Shown: one piece after another, positions 9,571 to 20,798 of the stretch
Numbering within the stretch: position 1 is the stretch's first letter
Layout: every line of letters begins with the position of its first letter
Translations under genes and position numbers: made by a program
Notes under the pieces: generated by a model
Told to the model about the DNA's origin: nothing
The model's input: the letters and a program-made list of their open reading frames with translations, nothing else
Databases searched by the model: none
NCBI GenBank assembly: GCA_963790475.1
Contig: CAWBOS010000010.1
Span: 512,001 to 576,000 of the forward strand
Length of the DNA: 64,000 nucleotides
Direction: 5' to 3'
Source of the DNA: an uncultured delta proteobacterium
GTDB lineage: Bacteria; Desulfobacterota; RBG-13-43-22

Positions 9571-11724
9571 ATGATCCGCATCAACACCATCATCGACGAA
9601 CTCTTATCATATTGGCCCCAGGCCGATATTGATTTAATCCAGAAAGCCTATATCTTTTCTGCTAAGGTGCACGAGGGACAGGTGCGGCTGTCGGGAGAGG
9701 CCTATCTGTCTCATCCCCTGGAGGTGGCCTGGTTATTGACCCAGATGAAGCTGGATCAGGTCACCATCGCCGCAGGACTGCTCCATGACACTATTGAAGA
9801 TACTCTGGCCACGGCAAAGATGATCGAAGAAAAGTTCGGGCCGGAGATCCTGCATATTGTCAACGGAGTGACCAAGATCAGTGCTATTCATTTCCAAAAC
9901 CAGGAAGAACGGCAAGCTGAAAATATTCGAAAAATGATTTTGGCCATGTCGGACGATATCCGGGTCATCCTGGTCAAATTAGCCGATCGGGTACACAATA
10001 TGCGGACCTTGGGGTTTCAAACTCCGGAAAAGCAAAAGTCCATCGCCCAGGAGACCCTGGATATTTATGCCCCTATTTCGGCCCGGTTGGGCATGCATCG
10101 GATCCAAACCGAACTGGAAGACCTTTGCCTTTATTATCTGGAACCGGCGGCCTATCAGGCCATCAAAGATGGTGTGGCCAGGAAACGGGAGGAAAGGGAA
10201 AGGTATATTCGAGAGGTCAAGGCCCTGCTTCAGAAAAAAATGGATTCGGTAAATCTGCCTTGCCGTGTGGAAGGACGTCCCAAGCATTTCTACAGTATTT
10301 ACAAAAAAATGATCAACCAGAAACTGGATATCAGCCAGTTATATGATCTCATTGCCTTTCGGGTCGTCGTCAAGGAGGTGGCCGAATGCTATGAGGCCCT
10401 GGGGCATATCCACTCCCTCTGGAAACCGATTTCGGGAAAGTTCAATGACTTTATCAGTCTGCCAAAGACCAATCGCTATCAGTCCCTGCACACCAAGGTC
10501 ATCGGCCCCTTGGGAGAAAGGATCGAGATTCAGATCCGGACCGAGGAGATGCACCGCGTGGCTGAAGAGGGGATTGCCTCCCACTGGCAATACAAAGAAG
10601 GACAACCCCTTAATGAAACCGATGCCAAAAAATTCAGGTGGGTCAGGCAGCTTTTAGAGTCTCAAAAAGTTCAAGATCCAAGGGAGTTTCTGGAATCGGT
10701 CCGTATCGACCTGTTTCCTGACGAGGTCTATGTGTTTACCCCGCAGGGTGAAGTCAAAATTCTCCCTAAAGGGGCGACTCCCATTGATTTTGCTTATGCC
10801 GTCCACACCGAGGTGGGGCATCATTGTTCCGGGGCCCGGGTCAATAAAAAAATGGTCCCTTTGCGGACCACGCTTCAGCATGGGGACGTGGTGGAAATCA
10901 TCACCTCGTCCGGCCATTTCCCGAGCAAAGACTGGCTCAAGATCGTCAAGACCTCTAAGGCCAAGAACCGGATCCGACAATGGCTTAAGATCGAAGAACG
11001 GAAGCGGAGCATCGATATCGGCAAGGACCTGTTGGAGAAGGAACTTCGGAAGCATCAGGTAAATGTGGGTCAGCAAATGAAGAGTGATGCCTTACAACGG
11101 ATAGCCCAGGAATTGTCCTTTCAAAAGGTCGAAGACCTGCTGGCCGGTATCGGGTTCGGGGAAATTTCGATTCGCCAGGTCGTGAACCGGATGCTGCCTA
11201 AAGAAGAAGTCGAAGAAAAGAAAGAGGAAGAACCCCTCTCTATTTCTCCACGGCATACTCCCAGGGAAAAGGGGGGGGTTTTGATTCGTGGGATTCCGGA
11301 TGTGATGACTCGTTTTGCTAAATGCTGTTCCCCCCTTCCCGGAGATGAGGTGGTTGGATTTATCACTCGCGGGAGAGGGATTACGGTCCATGCCCGGTTC
11401 TGTCCCCAGGTGGCCCTGGAAGACCAGGAGAGGATGATCGAGGTGCAGTGGGATGTCTCGGATAAAACCAAGAACCTCTATCCGGTCAAGATTGAGATCT
11501 GGTCAACCGATAAAAAGGGGATGCTGGCGGAGGTCAGTACGGCCATCACCTCGGCCGAGTCCAATATTTTAAAGGCCGATGTGGTTACCACGACTGACAA
11601 AAAGGCCTTTTATCAGTTTCTCATTGAGGTCAGTGATACCCTTCATCTGCAAACCGTCATAACCAATCTTAAAAAAATAAAAGGGGTTATCAATGTCCTC
11701 CGTTCTTTTGAAAAAAATGTCTGA
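9571..11724 (+). CDS. relA: Bifunctional (p)ppGpp synthetase/hydrolase
   Basis: HD domain (LLHDTIED, KLADRVHNMRT), synthetase (YQSLHT, EIQIRT), TGS (DFAYAVHT), CC/ZFD and ACT. Confidence 0.96.
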   Translation: MIRINTIIDELLSYWPQADIDLIQKAYIFSAKVHEGQVRLSGEAYLSHPLEVAWLLTQMKLDQVTIAAGLLHDTIEDTLATAKMIEEKFGPEILHIVNGVTKISAIHFQNQEERQAENIRKMILAMSDDIRVILVKLADRVHNMRTLGFQTPEKQKSIAQETLDIYAPISARLGMHRIQTELEDLCLYYLEPAAYQAIKDGVARKREERERYIREVKALLQKKMDSVNLPCRVEGRPKHFYSIYKKMINQKLDISQLYDLIAFRVVVKEVAECYEALGHIHSLWKPISGKFNDFISLPKTNRYQSLHTKVIGPLGERIEIQIRTEEMHRVAEEGIASHWQYKEGQPLNETDAKKFRWVRQLLESQKVQDPREFLESVRIDLFPDEVYVFTPQGEVKILPKGATPIDFAYAVHTEVGHHCSGARVNKKMVPLRTTLQHGDVVEIITSSGHFPSKDWLKIVKTSKAKNRIRQWLKIEERKRSIDIGKDLLEKELRKHQVNVGQQMKSDALQRIAQELSFQKVEDLLAGIGFGEISIRQVVNRMLPKEEVEEKKEEEPLSISPRHTPREKGGVLIRGIPDVMTRFAKCCSPLPGDEVVGFITRGRGITVHARFCPQVALEDQERMIEVQWDVSDKTKNLYPVKIEIWSTDKKGMLAEVSTAITSAESNILKADVVTTTDKKAFYQFLIEVSDTLHLQTVITNLKKIKGVINVLRSFEKNV

Positions 11725-11755
11725 AAGCCCTGACATTTTTTGAACCTTCTATGGA

Positions 11756-11947
11756 TTATACCGACCGGGTTATCTTTCCCGAACGAAGGCATCGCGTGCA
11801 AACACTTACCCGCCTGACCGTTCCCTCATGAACGGCTTTGATATTCTGGAGATTGGGACTCCACCTTTTATAAGTCTTGTTGTTGGCATGACTGACATTA
11901 TGCCCGATTTGATGGCCTTTGCCACAGACGCTACATACCTTAGCCAT
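11756..11947 (-). CDS. rpmB: 50S ribosomal protein L28
   Basis: [39 protein letters not shown]. Confidence 0.97.
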   Translation of the reverse strand: MAKVCSVCGKGHQIGHNVSHANNKTYKRWSPNLQNIKAVHEGTVRRVSVCTRCLRSGKITRSV

Positions 11948-12031
11948 TGTTGCTCCTTATAATCTGATAAAAATCTATTTTCTTACTCAACGTGAATTCT
12001 AATTCTCGAATCGCCTTTGAATTTTATCTTG

Positions 12032-13066
12032 TTAAACCCACTCAATCGGCGTTTCCGGTTGGGTTCGAGATACGATTTCCCCGATTGAAAAACATTGTTC
12101 CCCCGATTCCTGCAATCGAGCGATTATCTCTTGGATCTGATCGGCGGGGACGACAAGAATCATTCCCAGTCCGTTGTTAAACACCTGAAACATTTCTTTT
12201 TCCGATACGTTCCCCATCCGCTTGATTATGGAAAAGATGGGAGGAATTTTCCAGGAATCTTTTATAATATCGGCCCGGCAATCGGCCGGTAGGATTCGGG
12301 GGAGGTTTTCGGTTAGTCCCCCCCCGGTGATATGGGCCATTCCCTTCAAGGGATATTCTTTGATGACAGAAAGGATGGATTGAACATAGATCCGTGTTGG
12401 CTTAAGTAATTCCTCTCCCAGGGCCGACCCTAATTCAGGAATGGATTCTCCGGGATCCATCCTTAGATCATCAAAGAAGATTTTTCGGACCAGGGAATAC
12501 CCGTTGCTGTGTAAACCGCTGGATGCCAGTCCGATGATCCGGTCGCCGGGCCGGATCTTGGAACCGTCAATGATCTTTTCCCTTTCCACGATTCCCACTA
12601 CAAAGCCGGCCAGATCATACTCACCGGCCGGATACATCCCGGGCATTTCGGCCGTTTCCCCGCCGATCAAGGCACATCCGGCCTGTTTGCACCCGTTTAC
12701 GATCCCCTCGATGATAGCGGTCTGGGTTTCCAGGTTCAACCGCCCGGTGGCCAAATAATCCAGAAAGAAAAGAGGAAGGGCGCCCTGCACAATAATATCG
12801 TTGACACACATGGCCACCAGATCGATCCCGATCGACCGGTGCTGGCCCATTCGCTGGGCGATCTTCAATTTGGTCCCAACGCCGTCGGTGGAGGAGACCA
12901 GGACCGGTTCTGAAAAAGCCGAAGGGTCCAGGCGGAACAAACCGCTGAAGCCACCGATATCGGTAATGACCTGAGGAGAATAGGTCTGACGAATCAGGGG
13001 CTTTATCCGGTCAATAAAGGTGTTTCCCAGATTGATATCCACGCCAGCTTTTTGGTATAAATCCAT
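12032..13066 (-). CDS. purM: Phosphoribosylformylglycinamidine cyclo-ligase
   Basis: YQKAGVDI, STDGVGTK, GGETAEMPG, SSGLHSNGYSL, HITGGG. Confidence 0.98.
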   Translation of the reverse strand: MDLYQKAGVDINLGNTFIDRIKPLIRQTYSPQVITDIGGFSGLFRLDPSAFSEPVLVSSTDGVGTKLKIAQRMGQHRSIGIDLVAMCVNDIIVQGALPLFFLDYLATGRLNLETQTAIIEGIVNGCKQAGCALIGGETAEMPGMYPAGEYDLAGFVVGIVEREKIIDGSKIRPGDRIIGLASSGLHSNGYSLVRKIFFDDLRMDPGESIPELGSALGEELLKPTRIYVQSILSVIKEYPLKGMAHITGGGLTENLPRILPADCRADIIKDSWKIPPIFSIIKRMGNVSEKEMFQVFNNGLGMILVVPADQIQEIIARLQESGEQCFSIGEIVSRTQPETPIEWV

Positions 13067-13686
13067 AACCTTGGTCCTATTTTTGAGTTAACCAAACCCC
13101 AGGGCCGATTTAAAATTCTTAATACTAAAACAAAACATTTTATTATAATTAGGAAAAGATGTCAATTATTAAAGCATTTTACTTATTGAATATTTTACTG
13201 TTGAAACAGGCAGAGCCTATTTTTATTCAACTAATTGCTTTTAAAGAGGAAATGCCTAATCGAATAGGTCCCTCCTGAGACACAGCTATTGAATGCGGTT
13301 TTTAGTTCCCCGCCTTATGGCCTTTGAGCACTCCGGAGTTCCATCATTTAAACGGGAAGATGGAGGCCGCCGCTATCTCGTTGAACGTTGATGAGGGAAT
13401 AAAGGAGCTCTAATTACTCTGGTATTTCTTCTTGATCCGCTCATTTTCTTAACTTATACTCTTTCCGTCAAATGGAACCTTCTTTTCAAAGAGATTATCG
13501 AGGTCGGTTGGAAGGAAGATATACTGCATTCGGTCTGCCTGAATTTAAACAAACCTATTTAAAATTTTTTTGACAGGTTGCTAATTACATTTTGCGATTT
13601 ACAGGTTTTTAGAAAAACAATTTTGATTTCTAAGCCCGCAACAACAAGTTAGGATAAAAATAGAATTTTTTGCGAGGGTTTCAAAA

Positions 13687-15168
13687 TTGAAAGGCAGGGG
13701 TAGAGTGGAATTATTGAGGGAGGGGAATATTAAATGGGATTACGATACCGATGTGCTTGTTCTCGGATATGGGGGCGCCGGGGCCTGCGCGGCCATTGCC
13801 GCAAAGGATAGCGGGGCGGAAGTCATTATCCTTGAGAAAGCCCCTTTTGGCGGCGGAAACACGGCCTGCAGCGTGGGAAATATGCGTCTTCCCGATAATG
13901 TTGAGGAGGCGATAGCTTACTATAAAGCGTTGTCATTCGACACCGTTTCAGACCAGGATCTGATTCGGACTATGGCCGAAGCTATGGTCGCACTTCCCGA
14001 ACGGCTGAAAGAGTGGGGTATTGACTTGAGACTTCGCGAAAAAAATACCCCTTCCTTCCCCACACTACCGGGAGCCCGATGTATCGATCACTGGTCCGCC
14101 GGATTGGGGGAGAGCCTATTCAATAGTTTGTCCGACCTGGTAAGGCAACATAATATAAGGATCCTCCTTGAGTCGCCGGCAAAAACAATCCTCAAGGATT
14201 CAAAGACAGGAGATATACGCGGGGTTCTGGCAGAACAGGCCGGGAGAAGGATTTTATTAAAGGCCCGAAGAGGCGTTGTTTTAGCCACCGGGGGCTATGA
14301 AAATAACTTTGAGATGCAGGGGTATTTCCACTTCCCGGGTTTGAAACTTTACCCTTTCGGCACACCTTATAACACCGGTGATGGAGTGAAAATGGCCTCC
14401 GAACTTGGGGCCGACCAATGGCATTTTGCCAGTACGGAATGGTTTGGCCCCGCCTTAAAAGAACCCACGGAGAAAACAGGGGTGGCCATAGCTTTCAGGC
14501 GATTCAGCGGCAGCTTTCTTTTTGTGAATCGCTCCGGCAAGAACTTTATCAACGAGTCTATGTACTTCCCTCACAGGAAGGAATCTCTGGCCTTTACCCA
14601 CTTTGATCATGAGCGGGCTGAATATTCCAATATTCCCTTTTACCTCATTTTCGACGAGAAATTCAGGAGAGAGGGTCCCCTCTATGGGCTAAAGAATTCA
14701 AAGGTGGGTTATGCCTCCTGGCAGAATCTGGATGAATGGAGCCAGGATAATACGGCTGAGATTGAAAAAGGGTGGATAACCCAAGGGGGGTCGATTAGGG
14801 TGTTGGCCGAGAAGCTGGGGATCGATTCGAATGGCCTGCAGGAAACCATAGCCCAATACAATCGGGATTCAAGGGAGGGAAGAATAAACGCCTTCGGAAG
14901 GTTATCAAAATATATGGCCCCTATCGAACAGCCCCCATTTTATGGAGTAGAGCTGTGCCTGAGCATCATCAATACCCAGGGAGGGCCCAAACACAACAGC
15001 CGGGCTCAGGCCCTGGACATGGAGGGCAAACCCATCCCACGGTTTTATAAAGCAGGGGAGTTGGGGTCCTTTTTCGGTCATCTTTACCAGGGAGGCAGCA
15101 ATCTTCCGGAAGCCCTGGCCTTCGGCCGTATTGCCGGCGAAAACGCTGCCGCAGAAACAACTTGGTGA
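13687..15168 (+). CDS. FAD-binding oxidoreductase (fumarate reductase/3-ketosteroid dehydrogenase flavoprotein family); start uncertain (GTG 13705 possible)
   Basis: DVLVLGYGGAG, LEK..GGNT, VVLATGGY, NTGDG, NTQGG, AGELG..FGRIAG. Confidence 0.85.
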   Translation: MKGRGRVELLREGNIKWDYDTDVLVLGYGGAGACAAIAAKDSGAEVIILEKAPFGGGNTACSVGNMRLPDNVEEAIAYYKALSFDTVSDQDLIRTMAEAMVALPERLKEWGIDLRLREKNTPSFPTLPGARCIDHWSAGLGESLFNSLSDLVRQHNIRILLESPAKTILKDSKTGDIRGVLAEQAGRRILLKARRGVVLATGGYENNFEMQGYFHFPGLKLYPFGTPYNTGDGVKMASELGADQWHFASTEWFGPALKEPTEKTGVAIAFRRFSGSFLFVNRSGKNFINESMYFPHRKESLAFTHFDHERAEYSNIPFYLIFDEKFRREGPLYGLKNSKVGYASWQNLDEWSQDNTAEIEKGWITQGGSIRVLAEKLGIDSNGLQETIAQYNRDSREGRINAFGRLSKYMAPIEQPPFYGVELCLSIINTQGGPKHNSRAQALDMEGKPIPRFYKAGELGSFFGHLYQGGSNLPEALAFGRIAGENAAAETTW

Positions 15169-15495
15169 TTCTGAGGAGGCCTTTATTAATCAGTCTGCCT
15201 CGGGCATATAGGGGATTGCTGCGACTTATAGAGATAGAGCCCCATTTTCCGGTGAAAGAGTTCCTTTGTCCGACCCCATAGGGTTTTTCGAATTCTATCC
15301 TTTTAATTAAATCTTCAGGACCATTTGAATTAAAATACAGCCCTTATTCCGAAAAAATACAGTTTTCCCACCATTTTCTTTTTTATAATTTTTGATAATT
15401 TATGTAAAAATTGGTAAAAAAATTTTAGAGGTATTCACGGCAAACGGTGTGAAATTTATCCTCAGAGAAGTCAAGATTATAAAAGGAATTTAAAA

Positions 15496-15900
15496 ATGGA
15501 CATACCACAGCGAATCCTTATCGTGGATAACCATCCTGCACTCCGAGAGGGATTAAAGTCTATTCTGTATATTCTCCCTAATTTTGAAATCATCGGTGAA
15601 GCCGCTGACGGGATGGAAGCCCTTAATTCCGTCGACAAATTGCGTCCCGACCTGATTTTGATGGATCTATCCATGCCCCGGATGGACGGTATAACCGCAA
15701 CCAGGGAAATCAAGAAAAAGTGGCCGGGAACTAAGATTCTGGCTTTCACTAATCATAATAGCCCTGAATACCAGACAGCCGCTTTGGAGGCCGGTGCGGA
15801 CGGATATCTTTTAAAAGATTCTTCCGGCACCGAATTGATTCAATCGATCAAAGATATCTTGGATGGAAAGCAAGGGCTCCTTCCGAAGGTCATGGAATAG
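15496..15900 (+). CDS. NarL-type receiver domain protein without HTH
   Basis: ILIVDNH, PDLILMDLSMPRMDG, GADGYLLK; ends after 134 aa. Confidence 0.85.
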   Translation: MDIPQRILIVDNHPALREGLKSILYILPNFEIIGEAADGMEALNSVDKLRPDLILMDLSMPRMDGITATREIKKKWPGTKILAFTNHNSPEYQTAALEAGADGYLLKDSSGTELIQSIKDILDGKQGLLPKVME

Positions 15901-15937
15901 GGCATCCCCCCGTCCTTTCTTTTATCTCCTTCCCGGC

Positions 15938-16633
15938 TTACCATATTTGTGTCGATTCAGTCTGTCTTAATTCTTCTTCCACCTCCTCCAACCACCAGGC
16001 TTGCCACGACGGGCTGTGGAATAAAGAGGTTTCCTCGTCGAACTCCAGGTGTCGTTTTTGGTTGGTCTCCAGGGCCGAGTTGATCTTCTCCTTGATTTGT
16101 TGAACGATTTCATTATAGACCTCTCGAGGGGTCTGCCTTATCACCACAAAATCAGATGCCCATTTTTGAGCATCTGTGGTCAGTTTCCGAGCGGCGAGTT
16201 CTGTGAGGGCGAAGTGGATCTGTTCATGCTGAAGCACATAACCGGTTAGGGCTGGTTTGATTTTCGGGTTCCACCATGACTTGTCGGGTATTATGACCGC
16301 CTCAAAGGCAAGATGGTTTATGCTGCCAAGATATTTAACTTGATCCGAAAGAGGCCAGGGGGTGATACTGAATTTCGAATCGGCTCTTAGGCGTATCAGG
16401 ATCGCCGATTGGGCGTTGATGCTTTCCCCGTGGGTCGACAGATTTTTCGGCAATGAAGTCGCGCGAAAGTCTTTGAGTGTCAATGGCCTGTAGGTGAAGC
16501 CGGTCGCGATGCCGTTGCGTATTTCGTCTGTCGGCATCGTGCGCGGTTTGGCATAGTCCGGCAACTGGGCGCAAGCGCTGACCCATATTAAGGACAGCGA
16601 TAACACTGCATATCGGAGAGAGCGATTCTTCAT
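15938..16633 (-). CDS. Putative lipoprotein, DUF922-like (HExxH)
   Basis: Lipobox-like VSAC after a hydrophobic stretch; VLQHEQIHF motif. Confidence 0.65.
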   Translation of the reverse strand: MKNRSLRYAVLSLSLIWVSACAQLPDYAKPRTMPTDEIRNGIATGFTYRPLTLKDFRATSLPKNLSTHGESINAQSAILIRLRADSKFSITPWPLSDQVKYLGSINHLAFEAVIIPDKSWWNPKIKPALTGYVLQHEQIHFALTELAARKLTTDAQKWASDFVVIRQTPREVYNEIVQQIKEKINSALETNQKRHLEFDEETSLFHSPSWQAWWLEEVEEELRQTESTQIW

Positions 16634-17011
16634 GGCAAAGCCCTACACCCAGATGATATAAAAGTAATCCGTCAACCCCAAGAAAACCGGCAAGAAAAAG
16701 TTATTGATCCCATAGAATGTATTTGTCATTTTCCAATAGAGTTGGTTTTAAGGCTTTTATCTTTCTTCCGTTTTAGAGATCCCGGGGCCTTTCATCATGG
16801 GACCGGCTTTTAGACTAACTTTTTTGAGAGACTTCGTCAAAAAGAAAAACAGGTTGCCCTGATTCCCTTAAAAAATATGGAGATACTCCGCAAAATGTTC
16901 AAGCTGAGACAAACAACTACAAGGCTACTTGTCCGGGCCCGGAGCGCTCTTGCCGCGACTGCCTTGGTTACTTCCGATGAATCTGCAAATGACTGATGGA
17001 TGTTCCAGCAA

Positions 17012-17209
17012 CTACTGCTCCGCCAGCACTCTTGAGTGGGCCTCCTTGATTTCCTCCATCGCTTTCTTTATCTTTGGATCATGTGCTTTTGCTGGATCGG
17101 CATAGATCTCATCAACCATTCGCCCCGCATCGGTTTCCCAACCCTTTATCCATCTCTTGGTCAACTCGATGTTCGGTCTTTCCTGGGCAATTAACTTTTC
17201 GGCTGACAT
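17012..17209 (-). CDS. Small protein, possibly an internally deleted SnoaL/NTF2-like gene
   Basis: Strong RBS GAGGAGG. The N-terminus (RW..GW..D...MVDEIYAD) resembles the start of NTF2/SnoaL folds, then a helical tail. Confidence 0.4.
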   Translation of the reverse strand: MSAEKLIAQERPNIELTKRWIKGWETDAGRMVDEIYADPAKAHDPKIKKAMEEIKEAHSRVLAEQ

Positions 17210-17544
17210 TGCCTCCTCCTCTCTATCTCCAAAATTTGGATTTAAAGTTTCTATGTGCGCTTATATCACCAATCACCTTGAACCAATGGTCTTAGGGGTC
17301 GGTTTCTATAATAACGTCTCCCGGGGACTTCGTCAAAATCAAAAAAGGAGGTTTTCCTTCCTGCTGTCTTCAAAATCATGGTTACTGCTATTATGCTGGA
17401 TTTCGTTGGAAAATCATTAGCTTCCGGTTGCCAGTCCTATTTTTCCCCTTGACCCTTTCTTTTTCTTGTCCTATATTCTTTCTCAAAAAAGCAAACTCTG
17501 GTCAGATTTATCAAAGAAATTATTTATCGAATGGAGAAATCAAA

Positions 17545-18036
17545 ATGGATGTTGGGGAAGCGGTCAATAAGAGAAAATCTATTCGGGCTTTTAAGTCCGA
17601 TCCGGTGCCGGCGGAGACATTAAAGAAAATTATTGAAGGGGCTCTGCACGCTCCGTCAGCATCAAACAGCCAGCCGTGGGAACTGGCCATCGTCAGCGGC
17701 GCCAAGCTGGAAGAAATCAAAAAGGCCTTCATCGAAGGAGCGGGCAAGCTCGCGGTGGATATGCCCGGGGCTATCCAATATCCGGAGCCCTATGCCTCAA
17801 GGCGCGCTGCCGTCATGACCGGCGCTCTCGATTTGATGGGCGTGGCCAGGGATGACAAACAAGCGCGGGCGCAATGGAGCCTGCAGGGCGCCAAACTGTG
17901 GGGTGCGCCAAGCTGCATTTATGTGATGATTGATCGAGGATTTTTCTATATTGATGACAAAATCAATATCTGGCCGGCCTTTGATAAACTGCGCACCACA
18001 AGAGAGCCTCTGAATAAGATGGCTAAGTTTTACTAA
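17545..18036 (+). pseudogene. Nitroreductase, C-terminally truncated
   Basis: KRKSIRAF, APSASNSQPW, GAP..WPAFD, then unrelated sequence. The usual G..QN..L.A...GLG segment is missing. TTGACC-17-TATATT promoter at 17449-17477. Confidence 0.7.
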
Positions 18037-18117
18037 GTTAAACCAAGGCAAGGCGCAATCGGTCTTCAAACAATCCGTGCCTATCAAACATAGGCACTTT
18101 GCCAAGGAGAGTGAACG

Positions 18118-18573
18118 ATGGACCAAGATGAATTCAAGAAAATCATTTCCCAGGCAATCAGCCGGGAAGTCGAGGCCTTTACCTTTTACAATACTGTATC
18201 CGACAAAGCGAAGGATATGAATCTCAAGAGGCTGTTCAAAGGCCTCGCCGAAGAAGAGGCAAAACACAAGCGCACCTTAGAAGGGTTTCTTACCAAAGAT
18301 CCGGGGAAGATGCATTTTTCCGTGTCACCAGACTATAAAGTTGTGGATGCGCTTCCTACGCCCCCCCTAACTCCCGACCTTAAACCGGTTGATGGCTTGG
18401 TCATTGCCATCAAAAAGGAACTTGAAGCCATGCGGATCTATACCCAACTGGCCAATGCGAGTGGGGATGCAACGCAGAAGGACCTTTTTCTCGAGCTGGC
18501 CTCGATGGAACGTGGCCACAAGAACAAACTGGAGGATCTCTATACGAACATGGCCTTTCCGGAATCCTGGTAG
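18118..18573 (+). CDS. Rubrerythrin/ferritin-like diiron protein
   Basis: Duplicated E..A..FY / LA.EE..H helices (AEEEAKH, ASMERGH). Confidence 0.88.
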   Translation: MDQDEFKKIISQAISREVEAFTFYNTVSDKAKDMNLKRLFKGLAEEEAKHKRTLEGFLTKDPGKMHFSVSPDYKVVDALPTPPLTPDLKPVDGLVIAIKKELEAMRIYTQLANASGDATQKDLFLELASMERGHKNKLEDLYTNMAFPESW

Positions 18574-18640
18574 CGGGCCTGCGTTTTCTTGGGGGAAGGT
18601 TGGTCGAGTTCCTGCAATTCTTATCAACTGACGGTTCTGC

Positions 18641-20374
18641 TCAGGGACCGGCCAGGGGTGAGGTCACATCCAGGAAGGAGGTTTTGAACGAGGTGACCAC
18701 ATCCACAACCGTAGGCCTTTCACCTTTTAGGGCCTCGGCCAGGGCTGCGGAGATCTGATCCGGCCCTTGCACTCGAAACCCTTGGCAACCCATGGCTTTC
18801 GCGATCTCAGCGTAATTCATATTTCCAAAATCACTGGCAATGACCCTTTCCCCCTGTCCGTGTTTTACCCAGCCCAGAGCCGAGTTATTAAAGATCACCA
18901 CTCCAATGGGGATATTTTGTTCAAGGGCCGTCATTAGCCCGTTCATGGACATACCGAAACCACCGTCTCCACAGACCGCCAGGACCTGGCGGTCGGGGTA
19001 GATGAGCTTGGCCGCCATGGCCGCAGGGATGGCGTAGCCCATGGCCCCGATACCGGGCATGATCAATGTTCCGGCTCCTTTGGTCTGGAAAAGATGGGTC
19101 ATGAAGAGCCGGTTCTCCCCTGCGTCACAAGCGATAAAGGCGTCATCGGCAACAGCTTTATGGATTTCGGCAATCAGCCTCTCAGGAAGGATGGGCACTT
19201 CTTCAGAGCCGTAAGCCGGGCAATTGAAAAAGTGGTGTTCCTCTCTCAATTTTTTCAGGCCCTCTTTCCTAGTGCTAATTGTCTCTACCGAAGGCCGGCC
19301 TTTTTTTCGGATGGCGGCGGTTAACTGGGACAGGACCAGGGCCGCATCACCGATAATCTGATGTTTACAGGGGAAAGACCATCCGGCGTTTTTCGGCTCG
19401 ATATCGACCTGAATAAGGTCCTGTCGCTGAGGATCAATGAGCTCAGGGTTTTCCCTGGCCGTGTCTACAGGCCCGAGTCGAGTTCCAACGCAAAGAACCC
19501 AATCCGCTTGGCCGATAAAGGCATTGGCCGTGGCCTGGCCGTAGTTACCAAAGGCGCCGAGGGCCAGTTCATGGGTTTCGGGGAAAACACTTTTGCCGGA
19601 AGCCGTGGTCCCCACAGGGGCTCCCAGGATTTCAGACAGCTCCTGGAGTTCTTTATAGGCCTTGCTGAGACGAACCCCGTTCCCGGCCAGGATCACGGGA
19701 TTTTTTGCTTTCAGCAGGGCTTGCGCGGCGGCCTCAATAAGGGTGGGATCTCCGGCGGGTTTGGGCGGCAGATAGAACCGGGTGGGGTACAGGCACGGGG
19801 TGCTGTTTGGGCCTACCCGGCCCTTGAAGGCCGCGCTGTGGCAGATGACCGCCACCGGACCCTGTTCCCCGCATAAAGCGTGTTTAATAGCCAGTTGGAC
19901 ATTCTGAACGGCCTGCACCGGCTCCTGGGGCACCATGGTCAACTTGGTTACCCCGCTAAAACTTTGTTTTGCATCCCAGGCGCCGTATTCACCCGTTCCC
20001 GACTGATAGGGGGCATGCTGCGAAAAAGGTGCTTGATCGGAAAGATCAGTCAATATCAGCATCGGCGAACTGCCGAGATGAGCCTCGACAACGCCCAGGA
20101 GCCCGTTTGAGATCATAAAGGCCCCCTGTCCGATGGCCACGCCCGGTTTTCCGGTCAGGCGGCCGTAGACCTCGGCCATGACACCGGCCAGGGATTCGTG
20201 GCGCACCAGGACCGTCCTGATGGTCGATTGATGAAAATAAAGGGCATGGAAAAACCTCCCTGTATTTCCTCCGGCTATGCCAAAGACCATATCGATCCCC
20301 ATCTCCTCCAGCACCCGCATAATCGCTTCGGGAACTGACACTTCTTCCTTTAGTAACTTTTCCGTAGTCGCCAT
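18641..20374 (-). CDS. Thiamine-pyrophosphate-dependent enzyme (acetolactate synthase-like)
   Basis: VRHE, GRLTGKPGV, GAMGYAIPAA, GDGGF...NNS TPP motif. Confidence 0.9.
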   Translation of the reverse strand: MATTEKLLKEEVSVPEAIMRVLEEMGIDMVFGIAGGNTGRFFHALYFHQSTIRTVLVRHESLAGVMAEVYGRLTGKPGVAIGQGAFMISNGLLGVVEAHLGSSPMLILTDLSDQAPFSQHAPYQSGTGEYGAWDAKQSFSGVTKLTMVPQEPVQAVQNVQLAIKHALCGEQGPVAVICHSAAFKGRVGPNSTPCLYPTRFYLPPKPAGDPTLIEAAAQALLKAKNPVILAGNGVRLSKAYKELQELSEILGAPVGTTASGKSVFPETHELALGAFGNYGQATANAFIGQADWVLCVGTRLGPVDTARENPELIDPQRQDLIQVDIEPKNAGWSFPCKHQIIGDAALVLSQLTAAIRKKGRPSVETISTRKEGLKKLREEHHFFNCPAYGSEEVPILPERLIAEIHKAVADDAFIACDAGENRLFMTHLFQTKGAGTLIMPGIGAMGYAIPAAMAAKLIYPDRQVLAVCGDGGFGMSMNGLMTALEQNIPIGVVIFNNSALGWVKHGQGERVIASDFGNMNYAEIAKAMGCQGFRVQGPDQISAALAEALKGERPTVVDVVTSFKTSFLDVTSPLAGP

Positions 20375-20798
20375 ATATCCTCCATTAATGATAATTCACT
20401 ACAGACACAGAATCTACAGGGTATTCATTTTTTTCTGGCAGGGGAGATTCCCGATCAGAAAAAGTGACTAACTTCAAGCATAGATCAGATTATTCTGAAA
20501 CTTCTTTATGAGCCTATAAGGTACTACTTAGTTGCCTTCCTGATACAGTTTTAGCTTCCTTTTTTTCCAAATTCATAGTATTTTATCACAAAGTGACTCT
20601 CCTTGGGTCCTTTGATTTCCCCAATAAATATCCGACTACCCTTGGGGGCCACCGCTAAGTTTCGACTACTTTTAACCCATATTCGAAAAACGGATTTTGG
20701 AGTAAAACCAAATCGCCGTTATCTTTATCTCCCAGACCAGGACGGGCGAGTATGGCAACTTGTCCTAAGCTCTCCAAAATAAGAAGAAACACCATAGT

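Noticed and set aside
13250-13560. Short reading-frame fragments between purM and the flavoprotein
   Set aside because: They may be gene remnants but are too short and interrupted to assign.
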